Counted from the stretch's first letter, positions 18,101 through 27,163 are shown. The stretch: 64,000 bases of DNA from Opitutaceae bacterium (GCA_051252375.1 JBPOFY010000007.1:1-64000); one strand, 5' to 3'. Numbers and translations are program-made. Notes: a model not told the origin generated them from the letters alone.

Positions 18101-19902
18101 CCGACGGAAGCATTCTGATACTTAATTATAATGGCACCATACATCGCTTGGAGTTCAATCCGGACGACGGCTCATTACCCGCAACCTTGACCGACACCGG
18201 TGCTTTCAGTGATCTAGCGACGCTTACGCCGAATGCCGGTGTGCATCCGTATGATCTGAACTTGAGATTCTGGTCCGACCATGCGGACAAGTCGCGCTTT
18301 TTCGCGGTGGATGATCTAACGGACACGTTTACTTATTCAGAAGATGAGAATTGGGGCGCTCCCGCTGGTTCCGTCTGGGTCAAGCACTTCGACATGGATC
18401 TCAATCGGGACAGCCCAGGGACGAATGTAAAGCGCCTTGAGACTCGGTTTCTCGTGAAGACAGTGGATGATTTCTACGGTGTCTCCTACCGATGGAATGC
18501 TGGAGGCACGGAGGCCACACTGGTGGATAGCGAAGGCGAGGAGTTTGATCTTACCATCACCGAGGGAGGCGATACACACATTCAGACTTGGAAGATCCCT
18601 TCGCGCGGAGACTGCCGCACATGTCATACTAATGACAATGGGGTGATGCTTGGGTTTAATACACGTCAGCTCAATCGAGACGGGACGCTCTCGGGCACGA
18701 CGGATAATTTTATCCAGTTGTTGCACGAAGCGGGTTACCTTTCTGCTGGCGAAACCTTGCCCACCAATTACGCAAGTTTGCCCAAATACCATGAGCCAGA
18801 CGACCTTTCGGTAAATATTGAGCAGCGAGTTCGATCTTATCTCGCAGTGAATTGTGCTTACTGCCACTATGATGGAAACAGTGCGACGCCCGGAACGTGG
18901 AGTGGGGAACCTCAGCTTTCGATAGAGGCCACTAATCTCTTACATGGTGAGGGTGTTGGTTTCGCTGTGGTCGATCTTACTGACCGATTTGTGATACCCG
19001 GCAATACTTCGAAGTCGATGATTTTGAGCCTGGCTTCGGAGACCAATGGCTACAGCAGAATGCCTCCGTTGGCGACAGATGTCATCGATCAGGAAGGTAT
19101 CGACCTGATTGCGGATTGGATCAATAATTTTGCCAATGCAAAGCCATCGCTCGATGCGACGGCTGGCCCTTATGCAGTCCTAGAAAACACCGGTTCGAGT
19201 TCAGTTGTGGGAACCGGCCCTGTAGTCACGGATCTCGATGCTCCCGATGCGTCGAGAGGCACTTTGACTTACTCTATTGTTGGTGGAAATGGGGGAGGCT
19301 ATTTCGATATCAATCCGTCCACAGGGGAACTCACAGTCGTGCTCGATGGATTGGACTACGAGGAGACCACCTCATACAATTTGACGGTCTTTGTTAGCGA
19401 CGGTTATGCGCCAAACCCTGGCGAGGTGACCACCAGTGTTGCCATTAATATCAGCGATATTGTCAACGACGACAGTCAAGGAGACGGGATACATGATGAA
19501 TGGGCACTGTCTAATCTCGGTTCATCTGCAATCGATCCGGCAGGGGATACAGATAAAGACGGCAGTGCGGAATTGCTGGAATTTTGGGCCGACAGCGATC
19601 CAAACGATCCGTCGAGTCGTGGACTCATCATTGCACCCGACAACTACGACAGTACGCCTGGGGACGAGGGCTTCTTCTTTGAATGGACGATCCGGAGCGA
19701 TCTCGCGATTGGCACAGATTACTTCGTGCAAGGAGCGAACGATTTGAGCTTCGATCATCTTACGTCTGGAAGTGATTTCACTGTAATATCCACCACGCCG
19801 GTCGCGAACGCTCCAGGTCCAGATCTAAGCCGGATTAGGATCAAGGTGCCGACAACAGACACGAGCTATTTCCTTCGTATCACTTCTGCACCTCCCCTTT
19901 AA
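15178..19902 (+). CDS. Secreted multidomain PQQ-type glucose/sorbosone dehydrogenase with di-heme cytochrome c, Ig/cadherin domains and N-terminal putative binding domains
   Basis: Signal peptide from ATG 15178. AFHPDF, FGPDGYLYIAVGD, YAIGFRNPW (GSDH propeller). CRTCH at 18613 and CAYCH at 18853, then RMPP. Cadherin-like LDYEE and a DxDxDG C-terminal tail. Confidence 0.85.
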   Translation: MKPKFFSCISALCLLAIPSNAATIDWTKADINDINDVVTTGTLVEAQNHAGTGANDPVAVAGIDFVKTTVPLTNSNDDDFFAYDTGDADYNELLGDVDFGPNGQPSLTLTFTGLTSGGQYLFQVWYADDGGFGIGRTMTLTGNGDNALEGNEYGIGTFTADATSQDLVITSSVNGVRLNAVQLREISLPPTGPVTVADAADDYVAHIPDASTGTHTPPAGWRYYTTTTGALDAGSFDFVTGGDDLDPPSGSSSGNAGNEGFEGGNNSNIMGTQTNGGGDFQVFTDGYAGGTGNPGNQSVVGDDLLFVPGSDVANRAVVASYTVSAADALNGTAGNISGSFRELAGVGPTGSPNANQAGSVTVSVYLNNTSIFSAVGGTTGNEGQLLQAAGTFDIDATIVEGDVISFIVDAQGTGANTSNGGDETALQAAIEVSASVTLPSVKNDFFNVVRGSTTDLDVLANDVVTGLDLSTLSVSTAPLNGSATVQLDDTIQYVHTGGPVGFDSFEYSVDNVAGDTTYTGVVELFKNSNSSLTLPDEAPSGGWQFPNAFPALADFDDATCLEHVAGYPQTLAIAERGGRIQLIPDVTAVTPTKTLFLNISSQTKTQTYCGLRGVAFHPDFDTNRYFYVGYDYDNGSNDMIRVSRFTANASDLNEVNTATELVLFENPTDQSIHRINRMIFGPDGYLYIAVGDDGNFDGPAHTQRIDDGFWSSVLRIDVDKNPSNYEPANTDGVNLDGMGNAYYSVPADNPFIDSGFTDGRGVTTLNGQPTPTGDPYEVRTEMYAIGFRNPWKIGFVPVTGELWVADAGHASYEKFCIMPSGGNAGWGHFEGTDPGVLQLGTTQYPGPLSDPPSTGTYIQPVMEYNKPGSSATGGVKSIIGGTFYEAPDIAELTGAYVFADSTSGDMWYLKRPNNAAYQSVGRVAVGADWGLDETGMVTAAMPGSSGFETKSYGVSEIEWIGNDGLFIVAMVTDPSDGSILILNYNGTIHRLEFNPDDGSLPATLTDTGAFSDLATLTPNAGVHPYDLNLRFWSDHADKSRFFAVDDLTDTFTYSEDENWGAPAGSVWVKHFDMDLNRDSPGTNVKRLETRFLVKTVDDFYGVSYRWNAGGTEATLVDSEGEEFDLTITEGGDTHIQTWKIPSRGDCRTCHTNDNGVMLGFNTRQLNRDGTLSGTTDNFIQLLHEAGYLSAGETLPTNYASLPKYHEPDDLSVNIEQRVRSYLAVNCAYCHYDGNSATPGTWSGEPQLSIEATNLLHGEGVGFAVVDLTDRFVIPGNTSKSMILSLASETNGYSRMPPLATDVIDQEGIDLIADWINNFANAKPSLDATAGPYAVLENTGSSSVVGTGPVVTDLDAPDASRGTLTYSIVGGNGGGYFDINPSTGELTVVLDGLDYEETTSYNLTVFVSDGYAPNPGEVTTSVAINISDIVNDDSQGDGIHDEWALSNLGSSAIDPAGDTDKDGSAELLEFWADSDPNDPSSRGLIIAPDNYDSTPGDEGFFFEWTIRSDLAIGTDYFVQGANDLSFDHLTSGSDFTVISTTPVANAPGPDLSRIRIKVPTTDTSYFLRITSAPPL

Positions 19903-19932
19903 TGCGAAGTATATGCTGCCTGACTTGATCCT

Positions 19933-19980
19933 TGTCTATAGAATAGCTGACAAGACAAGCGTTCCCAAACGTGCTATATT
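19933..19980 (+). promoter_or_regulatory. Family C box plus extended -10
   Basis: TGTCTAT-AGAATA-GCTGACA at 19933-19952 and TGC-TATATT with the hexamer at 19975. Same 22-nt spacer as the 14051 site. Confidence 0.65.
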
Positions 19981-20109
19981 CATGTGATATTACCATTACC
20001 CCTTATAATTACCTCAATATGCAGTCCCTTTTGTAGGGCTTTTTGTGTCAATTTTTATGGATGGTATGGTTTTCACTCTCGAACGCCCCTCACAATAACA
20101 CTAATTAAC

Positions 20110-22734
20110 ATGAAATATACTGTTCTACTGATCACCTTCCTCCTTGGGATTTTGAGTCCCACTGTGCATGCCGTCGAAGTTGCGAACGCGGCAGCTGATT
20201 ACCAGACCGCTCCTGACTATGTCGCAGGAACCACCGCTCCGTCTGCGCCACCGGCAGGATGGGAGTATATCTACGCAGACACGGTTGCGAATGCCGCTAC
20301 AGCTGGTACTGCCCTGACCCCACAGACCGCGACTGGAAATGAAGGGAACGCTGGTTTTGCCTACGATCCTGGTGCTAACAATGTGCCCTCCGTGCTGGGC
20401 GGTATTACCGGCGCAAACGACTTTGAGATATTCAACAACGCAACGAACAGCGCTGTGGTAGGTGCCGATCTGGTCCTGCATCCGGGGAACAATGCCTCCT
20501 ATGATGTGGTTGCCGTTCGCTATACCTTGAGTGCGGCGGATATTACCAACGGGACCTCTGCCACGATCACTGGTAGCTTCCGTCGGGGCAACAATGGAGG
20601 CAATACTGGAGTTCTTGTGAGCGTTTACCACAACTCCACCTCCCTTTGGACGGTCGACAGCAACGACTTAGGCGGCACGGCTCTGCCGCAGGTGGATGGA
20701 ACCTTCAGCTTGGTGGGTGTGTCCGTTGCAGAGGGTGATACCATCAGCTTTATATTGGATGCTATTAGCAACAATTACAACGGCGATGAATCAGCCCTTC
20801 AAGCGTCCATCGATCTGGAGCCAGCTCCTGTAAATGATCCGCCAACGATTGTTACTGATCCTGTTACACCTCAAGATCTCTTTGTCGGCGATGCGCTGAG
20901 TTTAAGCGTTGCTGCGAGCGGATCACCGACGTTGACTTATCAGTGGCGGAAAGACACCGTCGATATCGGCGGAGCAACCAGCGCGACCTTCGATATCGCT
21001 TCGGTCGTCGTGGGCGATACGGCAAGCTACGATTGTGTGGTGACCAATGGTTTCGGCAGTGCTACCAGCGCAGCTTCCGTTGTGACGGTTACCGTCGAAC
21101 CACCTGTGATCACGACTCAACCTATCCCGCAAACTCTCGCCGTTGGGCAAACTTTGATTCTTACTGTCGTCGCGGAAAGCACAGAGCCTATGAGCTACCA
21201 ATGGGCTAAAGATTTCGTCGATATCGTCGGAGCAACCAGTGACACCTACACAATTCCATCCGTAGTACTGGGGGATGCTGGGGAATATGATGTCAGAGTG
21301 ACTAATAGTGGCGGTGATACCTTTAGTGATCCTACTACCACAATCACAGTCGTAGATAACGATGCGCCTGTTTCCAGTGCTCCGGATGTGTCGACCACCG
21401 AGAACGTCACTCTCACTCTGCTTGTCGATGATCTGGCAACGGATGCTGATTTAAACCCTCTCACGATCACCTCGGCGGATGCGACTAGCGTCAATGGAGC
21501 CGCGATCAGTTTCCATGGCACCAAGATCGCCTACTTCCCGGGTTCGGGTACTGTCACGGATGACACCTTCACCTGTGAAGTCAGTGACGGATATGTCACG
21601 ACGACCGTGACCGTTACGATCGATGTTCTCGCGGGTTCAACCACCGTTGTGGCAAATCCTGCACTCGACTATGTCGACGGAATCACGATGCCAGCGCAGT
21701 GGAGCTACTTGGGATCTGATCTGGCAACGGGCGGAACCGAGTTCGCGTTGACGTCGATTGTCGCACTTGCTAATGGTGGCAACACGGGCTTCGGTCAAGT
21801 CGGAGCAAGCTTTGATGCTCCTGGTGTGTTGGGTAGCATCGACGGCGGTGCGCAGTATGAAATCTTCGGTGATGGTTTCGATGGCAACTTGCCAAACGTC
21901 GAGTCGGGAAATGAAGGATTGCCCGGTGTGGATCTGTTGATGGCTCCGGGCAGTGCCGCGACAAATACTTTTGCCATCGCCCGCTACACCATTGGTGAGG
22001 AAATCGTCAGCGGAACCACCGCCACCATTTCCGGTAGCTTTAGGGAATTAGTGGTTCATAGCGCTGCCAAGCTCAATGCCAACAACGGAGGCTCTGTGGA
22101 TGTGTTTGTATATCATAACTCAACTGTGATATTCGACTTGGACCGGGCCAATGACATCGCCAACGGTGGCATGCTTACCCAACTGGACGGAACCTTCAGC
22201 ATCACTGGTCTGACAGTCGCCTATGGCGATACGATCAGTTTTGTGGTGGGCAACAATGGTAACTTCAGTGGCGACGAGACTGCGCTGCAAGCCTTGATCG
22301 AATTGTCGGGCACCCCTGGCGTCGTTCCCGGATACAGCTCATGGCTCGATGGCTTTCCAGGCTTGAGTGATACCTCTCCCGGCGGAGATCCTGATTCTGA
22401 TGGAATCGAAACTCTCATGGAATACGTGCTCGACGGTGATCCCGGAGTGGCAGACACATCAATTCTGCCGACAGGTGGGCCAGTGGGCGCGGACTGGGTC
22501 TTCACCTTTACCCGTCGAGAAGAGTCTGCAGATGACACGATACAGGTATTCCAGTTCACCGACGATCTGCTGAGTGCTTGGGTCGATGTGACGCTTGATA
22601 GTGGCACTCCGCCAGCTGGAGTCACAGTCGACTTAGGGACCGCCTCGGGCGGTCTCCAAGACGTCACGGTGACCATCGACAGCAGTCTCATAACGGATAG
22701 AGGCTTCGGCAGACTCAGCGTGACCCAGCCATAA
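20110..22734 (+). CDS. Secreted protein with two copies of the unnamed domain, two Ig-like domains, a cadherin/Big_9-like domain and a DxDxDG C-terminal tail
   Basis: Signal peptide from ATG 20110. Ig motifs LTYQWRK...YDCVVTN and MSYQWAK...YDVRVTN. Also DADLNPL and DPDSDG. Confidence 0.85.
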   Translation: MKYTVLLITFLLGILSPTVHAVEVANAAADYQTAPDYVAGTTAPSAPPAGWEYIYADTVANAATAGTALTPQTATGNEGNAGFAYDPGANNVPSVLGGITGANDFEIFNNATNSAVVGADLVLHPGNNASYDVVAVRYTLSAADITNGTSATITGSFRRGNNGGNTGVLVSVYHNSTSLWTVDSNDLGGTALPQVDGTFSLVGVSVAEGDTISFILDAISNNYNGDESALQASIDLEPAPVNDPPTIVTDPVTPQDLFVGDALSLSVAASGSPTLTYQWRKDTVDIGGATSATFDIASVVVGDTASYDCVVTNGFGSATSAASVVTVTVEPPVITTQPIPQTLAVGQTLILTVVAESTEPMSYQWAKDFVDIVGATSDTYTIPSVVLGDAGEYDVRVTNSGGDTFSDPTTTITVVDNDAPVSSAPDVSTTENVTLTLLVDDLATDADLNPLTITSADATSVNGAAISFHGTKIAYFPGSGTVTDDTFTCEVSDGYVTTTVTVTIDVLAGSTTVVANPALDYVDGITMPAQWSYLGSDLATGGTEFALTSIVALANGGNTGFGQVGASFDAPGVLGSIDGGAQYEIFGDGFDGNLPNVESGNEGLPGVDLLMAPGSAATNTFAIARYTIGEEIVSGTTATISGSFRELVVHSAAKLNANNGGSVDVFVYHNSTVIFDLDRANDIANGGMLTQLDGTFSITGLTVAYGDTISFVVGNNGNFSGDETALQALIELSGTPGVVPGYSSWLDGFPGLSDTSPGGDPDSDGIETLMEYVLDGDPGVADTSILPTGGPVGADWVFTFTRREESADDTIQVFQFTDDLLSAWVDVTLDSGTPPAGVTVDLGTASGGLQDVTVTIDSSLITDRGFGRLSVTQP

Positions 22735-22765
22735 ACACGCGTCAGCGTAAGTTTGTCTTAATACT

Positions 22766-22806
22766 GCTCACCGCACCTGTTTTATGGGTGCGGTGAGCTT
22801 TTTTTT
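22766..22806 (+). terminator. Rho-independent terminator
   Basis: GCTCACCGCACC stem / GGTGCGGTGAGC followed by T8. Confidence 0.9.
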
Positions 22807-22833
22807 GATTTCTCGGCACCGCCTTGTGCCTTC

Positions 22834-22881
22834 TGTCAATAGTTCGGTGGACTTGCCAGGATCTGAAATAACATCTAGTAT
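22834..22881 (+). promoter_or_regulatory. Family C box plus -10
   Basis: TGTCAAT-AGTTCG-GTGGACT at 22834-22853 (17/20 identical to the 14051 box) and TAGTAT at 22876, same spacer. Confidence 0.72.
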
Positions 22882-22892
22882 AGTTATTTCAC

Positions 22893-22925
22893 TAAACCCC
22901 AAAAAGTTGAATCTTTTGGGGTTTA
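22893..22925. repeat. Perfect 12-bp inverted repeat in the predicted 5' UTR
   Basis: TAAACCCCAAAA-N9-TTTTGGGGTTTA. Confidence 0.7.
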
Positions 22926-22985
22926 ATTTCCCGCCACTTTGAGCGTACCTACTAACTTCTAATACCCTTTTGATTTCCCAGCTGT

Positions 22986-25900
22986 ATGCATAACAATAAT
23001 CGACATAGTGAGCGTGGGTTCGCACTAGTCATCGCACTCACCTTAATGGCTTTTGTGCTTACCTTAATGCTTAGCCTATCGACTCTCTTGCGCGTCGAAC
23101 AGAGTGCCAGTACACAGGCCATTGATTTGCAGGAAGCTAGATCCAACGCTGAGTTAGGTATCATGTTAGCATTGGGAGAGCTTCAGAAGCATGCGGGTGA
23201 TGATCGTCGGGTTACAGCAGACGCTTCTATTTTGAACGGTGCAGTATTAGAGAACGTTGTCGGTGTTTGGGGCTCATGGTCTCCGAAAATGCGCGAGGAT
23301 CCAGTCGGGACCTCTCCCGATTATGGAAAAGATCAACACTTTAAACGGTGGCTTATATCAGGAATCCAGGACGACCTAATTAAAGTTGATTGGGTGAACA
23401 ACCCATTGGTGAATGATAGTGTAGAACTTTTTAATACAGGAGTTGATGGTTTTACGCTAAGTGCACCAAAGCAAGCGATCAGTGCCACAAATCAAGATGG
23501 AGGTTACGCATGGGCAGTGGTGCAGGAGAATACCAAAGCGAAAATTTCTGTAGCTGGGCCGGAAGATACCGACTTGGTGACAAATGACGCCTTACAGGCA
23601 CAACCGCGACCGAATGTGAGCTTACGGCAGTATTTCTCTCAACCAGCAGGCGAGTGGAACTACCGAGCCGGTCGAGTTATGAATTTGCGTCAGGCGGCTT
23701 TGGATAGTGAGCTAGGAGCTGGAGTGAATGCCACGACTGCTTCATTGGATTTCACGACGAGATCTTTTGGAGTTCTAAGCAATGTTGTCGATGGTGGATT
23801 GAAAGTGGATCTCAGTCTCGGTTTTGAGATGAGCCAATCTAATTTCCATCAAGCAAAGTGGACCGGAGCGGATGGCACGTTTGACAATCCGTTTCATGCC
23901 GATTCTGAATCAGCCTTCAGCACTCCAAGTACATATGATGATCAGCGGCCACTCTATCAGCCATTGAGCAACTCGGGCACTGTTGTCTATCAACGGCCGG
24001 GATTCAATCCCGCGAATGTTCAATTCGATTTCCCGGTAAATATCGTACCTACTTTCGATAGCCTGCGTTCGTATTACCGAACGACGCACTATTTATATAA
24101 CACGGATGATGGGGTGACACTATTCGAACGTGAGTCTGACCATACGGCGGCGACAAATTCGGGGGCTCGGTCCGGCTGGTTTAAGCCCCCAGCTGATTCG
24201 ATGGATGGCCAAAATACGCAGATCGGATTTCGACCTATTCTCGACCGTTTAATGTTCGTAGTGAGTGCAGGTCTGGGGCCTTCGGATGATGTGCGGATTG
24301 TTTTTACACCTGTTATTACATTATGGAACCCATATAATACGGCTTTGGAAATTGAAGGAGCGACGGCTTACATGTGGTTTGATTGCCCTTTCACTACAGA
24401 TTGGCGTTTTTACAATCCCAGAGGAAATGAGGTGGCTTCATATACGAACCAACTCTTTGCCCGCTTGATTGGGCATCATCTAAACACCGCTCGCTCGGTA
24501 TTTCCCTATTTTTATGCTGCGATTACCGCTGATGGAAACCCGATTTCAGGGACTGCCGAACCAATACGTTTTAAGCCGGGAGAGGTTCGGGTGTTCGCAC
24601 CCGCCAGTACGGATCTAGTAGATTTTTTCGTTTCAGACTCGCCGCGTGATCGGACGGTGTTCCTTCGTCCAGTGGATAACCCATCGCAACTTTCTGGGGC
24701 AGGTGGAATTGCGATTCCAACTGAAAATACTGTGCGCAATAAGGGATTTACGCGCGCTCTTGGCTCGCTGGAATCGGTGGAGTTTACATTCAAAGCTCAA
24801 ACCGCTCAAAACTGGCCATTCTATATCTCTATGGCAGATGCGACCGCAGCAAAGGGGGCAGGTCCTGCAGACGGGGGTGACGATCATGGTCAGTCTATTA
24901 CAGAAATCCTTTCCGATACTTTCGTAACTAGGGGTAGCGTGGAATCGGAAAATACGACCGAGTTCAAATCCTATCGTATCCCATATGCAGAAATCAGTGC
25001 TACACCTGTTCCAATAGGGGTGTTGGAGTCATACCATCGGGTCGCACTAACAAGTCCCAATCAGCCTGCCGCAGATCTACTTTATACGGGGAATCCACGT
25101 CAGCCATGGATGAATTCTTTCATTACCGGCACGTCATTTGCCACGGGTCCCCAATACCATACGCGGATGCGTGCTATTACGGATTTCTCGGAAGTGCTTG
25201 AAACGGATAATGGGGGGCGGTCCGCGTATTATGGTGCCAGTCATTCTGCGGCGTCGGGGGAAACTTACCTCTCGTTTTTTGACATTCCACAAGCGCCAAT
25301 GCTTTCTCTGGCTGGTTTGCAACACGCAGATCTTTCAGCAAGTCCATTCTCGCCTGCCAATCAATTCGGAAATAGCTGGGTCAGTGCCTATGTCGAGCGC
25401 AACAAAGTATCCGACAACACTACAAACGGAGCCTACGAAGTCGATACGGCCTATCTACTCAATGAATCTCTATGGGACGGATGGTTCTTTAGCGGAGCGG
25501 CGCCTACGCTGACTTTTACTTCCAGTTCGGGGGCTGCTTCTATATGGGATGATGCGCTCGATAATGGACTCGCGACTGAAACAGAAACTTTGAACGAAGT
25601 TATTGCTGGTTTCCTAAGCAGTCCATTAGACAATCCATTACGCAATCCTCGCATGGCTTTTTACCGAGGTTCTAGTGAGGAAGTTGTAGCCGCAGATTTG
25701 CTATCACCTGTGGGTAGCATTAAGTTCGCAAGCCACTTGATGGTAGATGGAGCTTTCAATGTAAATTCGACGAGTATCGAGGCGTGGAAGGCAGTCTTAG
25801 CCGGTTTGAGAGAAGCAACAATTGAAATTGACGGCAGCGAAGTAGCCGTAGGCACTGGGCAAACCCCATTCCCTCGTCTTCGAGATCCTAAGGGAATCGC

Positions 25901-26474
25901 AAATGATAACTGGCACGGTTATCGGACGCTTACAGATGCCGAGATAGAAACTTTAGCAACTAACCTCGTAGATGAAATCATCGAGCGTGGTCCTTTTTTA
26001 TCTATGGCAGAATTTGTCAATCGGCGCATATCATTAGGTAGTTTGGGGCTCAAAGGTGCGCTTCAAGCAGCTATTGATAGTTCAGGGGTCAATGTTGGAT
26101 CAAGTCAGTCAACTCCTTTTCCTGTCGATAAATTCGAAGCATCCGAGCGTTCCAATCTTACTGATAATGATACTGATACCAGTGTTGGTATACCAGGATA
26201 CCTAACACAAGCCGATGTCTTACATTCGATGGCTCCCATTCTTACCGTGCGTTCAGACACATTCACTATTCGTAGTTATGGAGAGGTGAGAGATTTATTG
26301 GGCAATATTAACGCGGTCGCTCGGATTGAGGCTACGGTTCAGAGAGTTCCGGAGCTGGTAGACAGTGCCGACAAGAGTTATGAGCCGATGAGCGATTGGA
26401 ATCAGACAAATCTGAACTTCGGTAGGAAATTTAGAGTGGTTTCGGTAAGATATTTATCTGAGGATGACGTATGA
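22986..26474 (+). CDS. Giant PilX/GspK-like pseudopilin (reminiscent of Verru_Chthon cassette protein A), copy 1
   Basis: Class III-like leader SERG|FALVIALTLM with no Glu5. ALGELQK, RGPFLSMAEFVNR, PGYLTQAD, RSDTFTIRSYG, FGRKF. Confidence 0.75.
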   Translation: MHNNNRHSERGFALVIALTLMAFVLTLMLSLSTLLRVEQSASTQAIDLQEARSNAELGIMLALGELQKHAGDDRRVTADASILNGAVLENVVGVWGSWSPKMREDPVGTSPDYGKDQHFKRWLISGIQDDLIKVDWVNNPLVNDSVELFNTGVDGFTLSAPKQAISATNQDGGYAWAVVQENTKAKISVAGPEDTDLVTNDALQAQPRPNVSLRQYFSQPAGEWNYRAGRVMNLRQAALDSELGAGVNATTASLDFTTRSFGVLSNVVDGGLKVDLSLGFEMSQSNFHQAKWTGADGTFDNPFHADSESAFSTPSTYDDQRPLYQPLSNSGTVVYQRPGFNPANVQFDFPVNIVPTFDSLRSYYRTTHYLYNTDDGVTLFERESDHTAATNSGARSGWFKPPADSMDGQNTQIGFRPILDRLMFVVSAGLGPSDDVRIVFTPVITLWNPYNTALEIEGATAYMWFDCPFTTDWRFYNPRGNEVASYTNQLFARLIGHHLNTARSVFPYFYAAITADGNPISGTAEPIRFKPGEVRVFAPASTDLVDFFVSDSPRDRTVFLRPVDNPSQLSGAGGIAIPTENTVRNKGFTRALGSLESVEFTFKAQTAQNWPFYISMADATAAKGAGPADGGDDHGQSITEILSDTFVTRGSVESENTTEFKSYRIPYAEISATPVPIGVLESYHRVALTSPNQPAADLLYTGNPRQPWMNSFITGTSFATGPQYHTRMRAITDFSEVLETDNGGRSAYYGASHSAASGETYLSFFDIPQAPMLSLAGLQHADLSASPFSPANQFGNSWVSAYVERNKVSDNTTNGAYEVDTAYLLNESLWDGWFFSGAAPTLTFTSSSGAASIWDDALDNGLATETETLNEVIAGFLSSPLDNPLRNPRMAFYRGSSEEVVAADLLSPVGSIKFASHLMVDGAFNVNSTSIEAWKAVLAGLREATIEIDGSEVAVGTGQTPFPRLRDPKGIANDNWHGYRTLTDAEIETLATNLVDEIIERGPFLSMAEFVNRRISLGSLGLKGALQAAIDSSGVNVGSSQSTPFPVDKFEASERSNLTDNDTDTSVGIPGYLTQADVLHSMAPILTVRSDTFTIRSYGEVRDLLGNINAVARIEATVQRVPELVDSADKSYEPMSDWNQTNLNFGRKFRVVSVRYLSEDDV

Positions 26475-27163
26475 GTCGGAGATATTACCTATACTTTTTG
26501 GCCTTAGTGCAATTAATGAGCAGCAACCTCGGTGCGGCTCCGATTAAATTTCTTGCTTGGGACGAGCAAGTTGCCAGTCGTAAATTAGCAGTGGCTTATG
26601 GCAATAAGTCGGTGGAGATTGGCTACATGCACCCGTCTACTCGCAGTCAGGCGGTGAACGTGCCGAGTAACTCTGAGGGGCTCAGGATTGAAGTACGGGA
26701 TCGGCCACCAGTGGAGGGTGTGTTCGTTTCTGTTCCGCTGATGATTCCGGAAGGTGTTAAAAATCCGCTCGCGATATTATTTCCGAACAAGAGCTCAGCC
26801 TCTGGGCTGGGTTTGTTTATTATCGAAGACGATCTCGAAGCCTTAGGGTGGGGGCAGATCAGCCTAATTAATGCGACGAGCAACCCACTTATTTTTAGTT
26901 ACGATGATGATCGTGTAGGGCTCAAGCCGGGAAGAACCCCTGTCCTTGTGGAGCCAGCCAGTGAATCGGGGTATATGCAGGTGAAAATTTCCTCCGTAGC
27001 GAATCCAGATAAAGCTCTTTATTCGGCGGTGTGGAATTATAATGATGGAGTTCGAAAGTTGGTTTTCATTATGCCAGGTAAAGATCGATCTAGAGGTGCG
27101 GTCGATTTTAAGTTTATACTCGAGAAACGTGCAGTAGTTGAGGCTACGCAAGGTCATAGGTAA
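26471..27163 (+). CDS. Secreted 230-aa hypothetical partner of the pseudopilin, copy 1
   Basis: ATGA overlap with the upstream stop. Signal peptide. Resembles the 55552 ORF. Confidence 0.8.
   Translation: MSRRYYLYFLALVQLMSSNLGAAPIKFLAWDEQVASRKLAVAYGNKSVEIGYMHPSTRSQAVNVPSNSEGLRIEVRDRPPVEGVFVSVPLMIPEGVKNPLAILFPNKSSASGLGLFIIEDDLEALGWGQISLINATSNPLIFSYDDDRVGLKPGRTPVLVEPASESGYMQVKISSVANPDKALYSAVWNYNDGVRKLVFIMPGKDRSRGAVDFKFILEKRAVVEATQGHR

Noticed and set aside
17380..18144. 254-aa antisense ORF, and the many other short nested ORFs in the track
   Set aside because: They lie within well-supported genes and show no recognisable motifs. They are expected shadow ORFs.
22986..27163. Impression of lower GC suggesting horizontal transfer
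   Set aside because: It cannot be quantified by eye, and no integrase, transposase or flanking direct repeats were seen.
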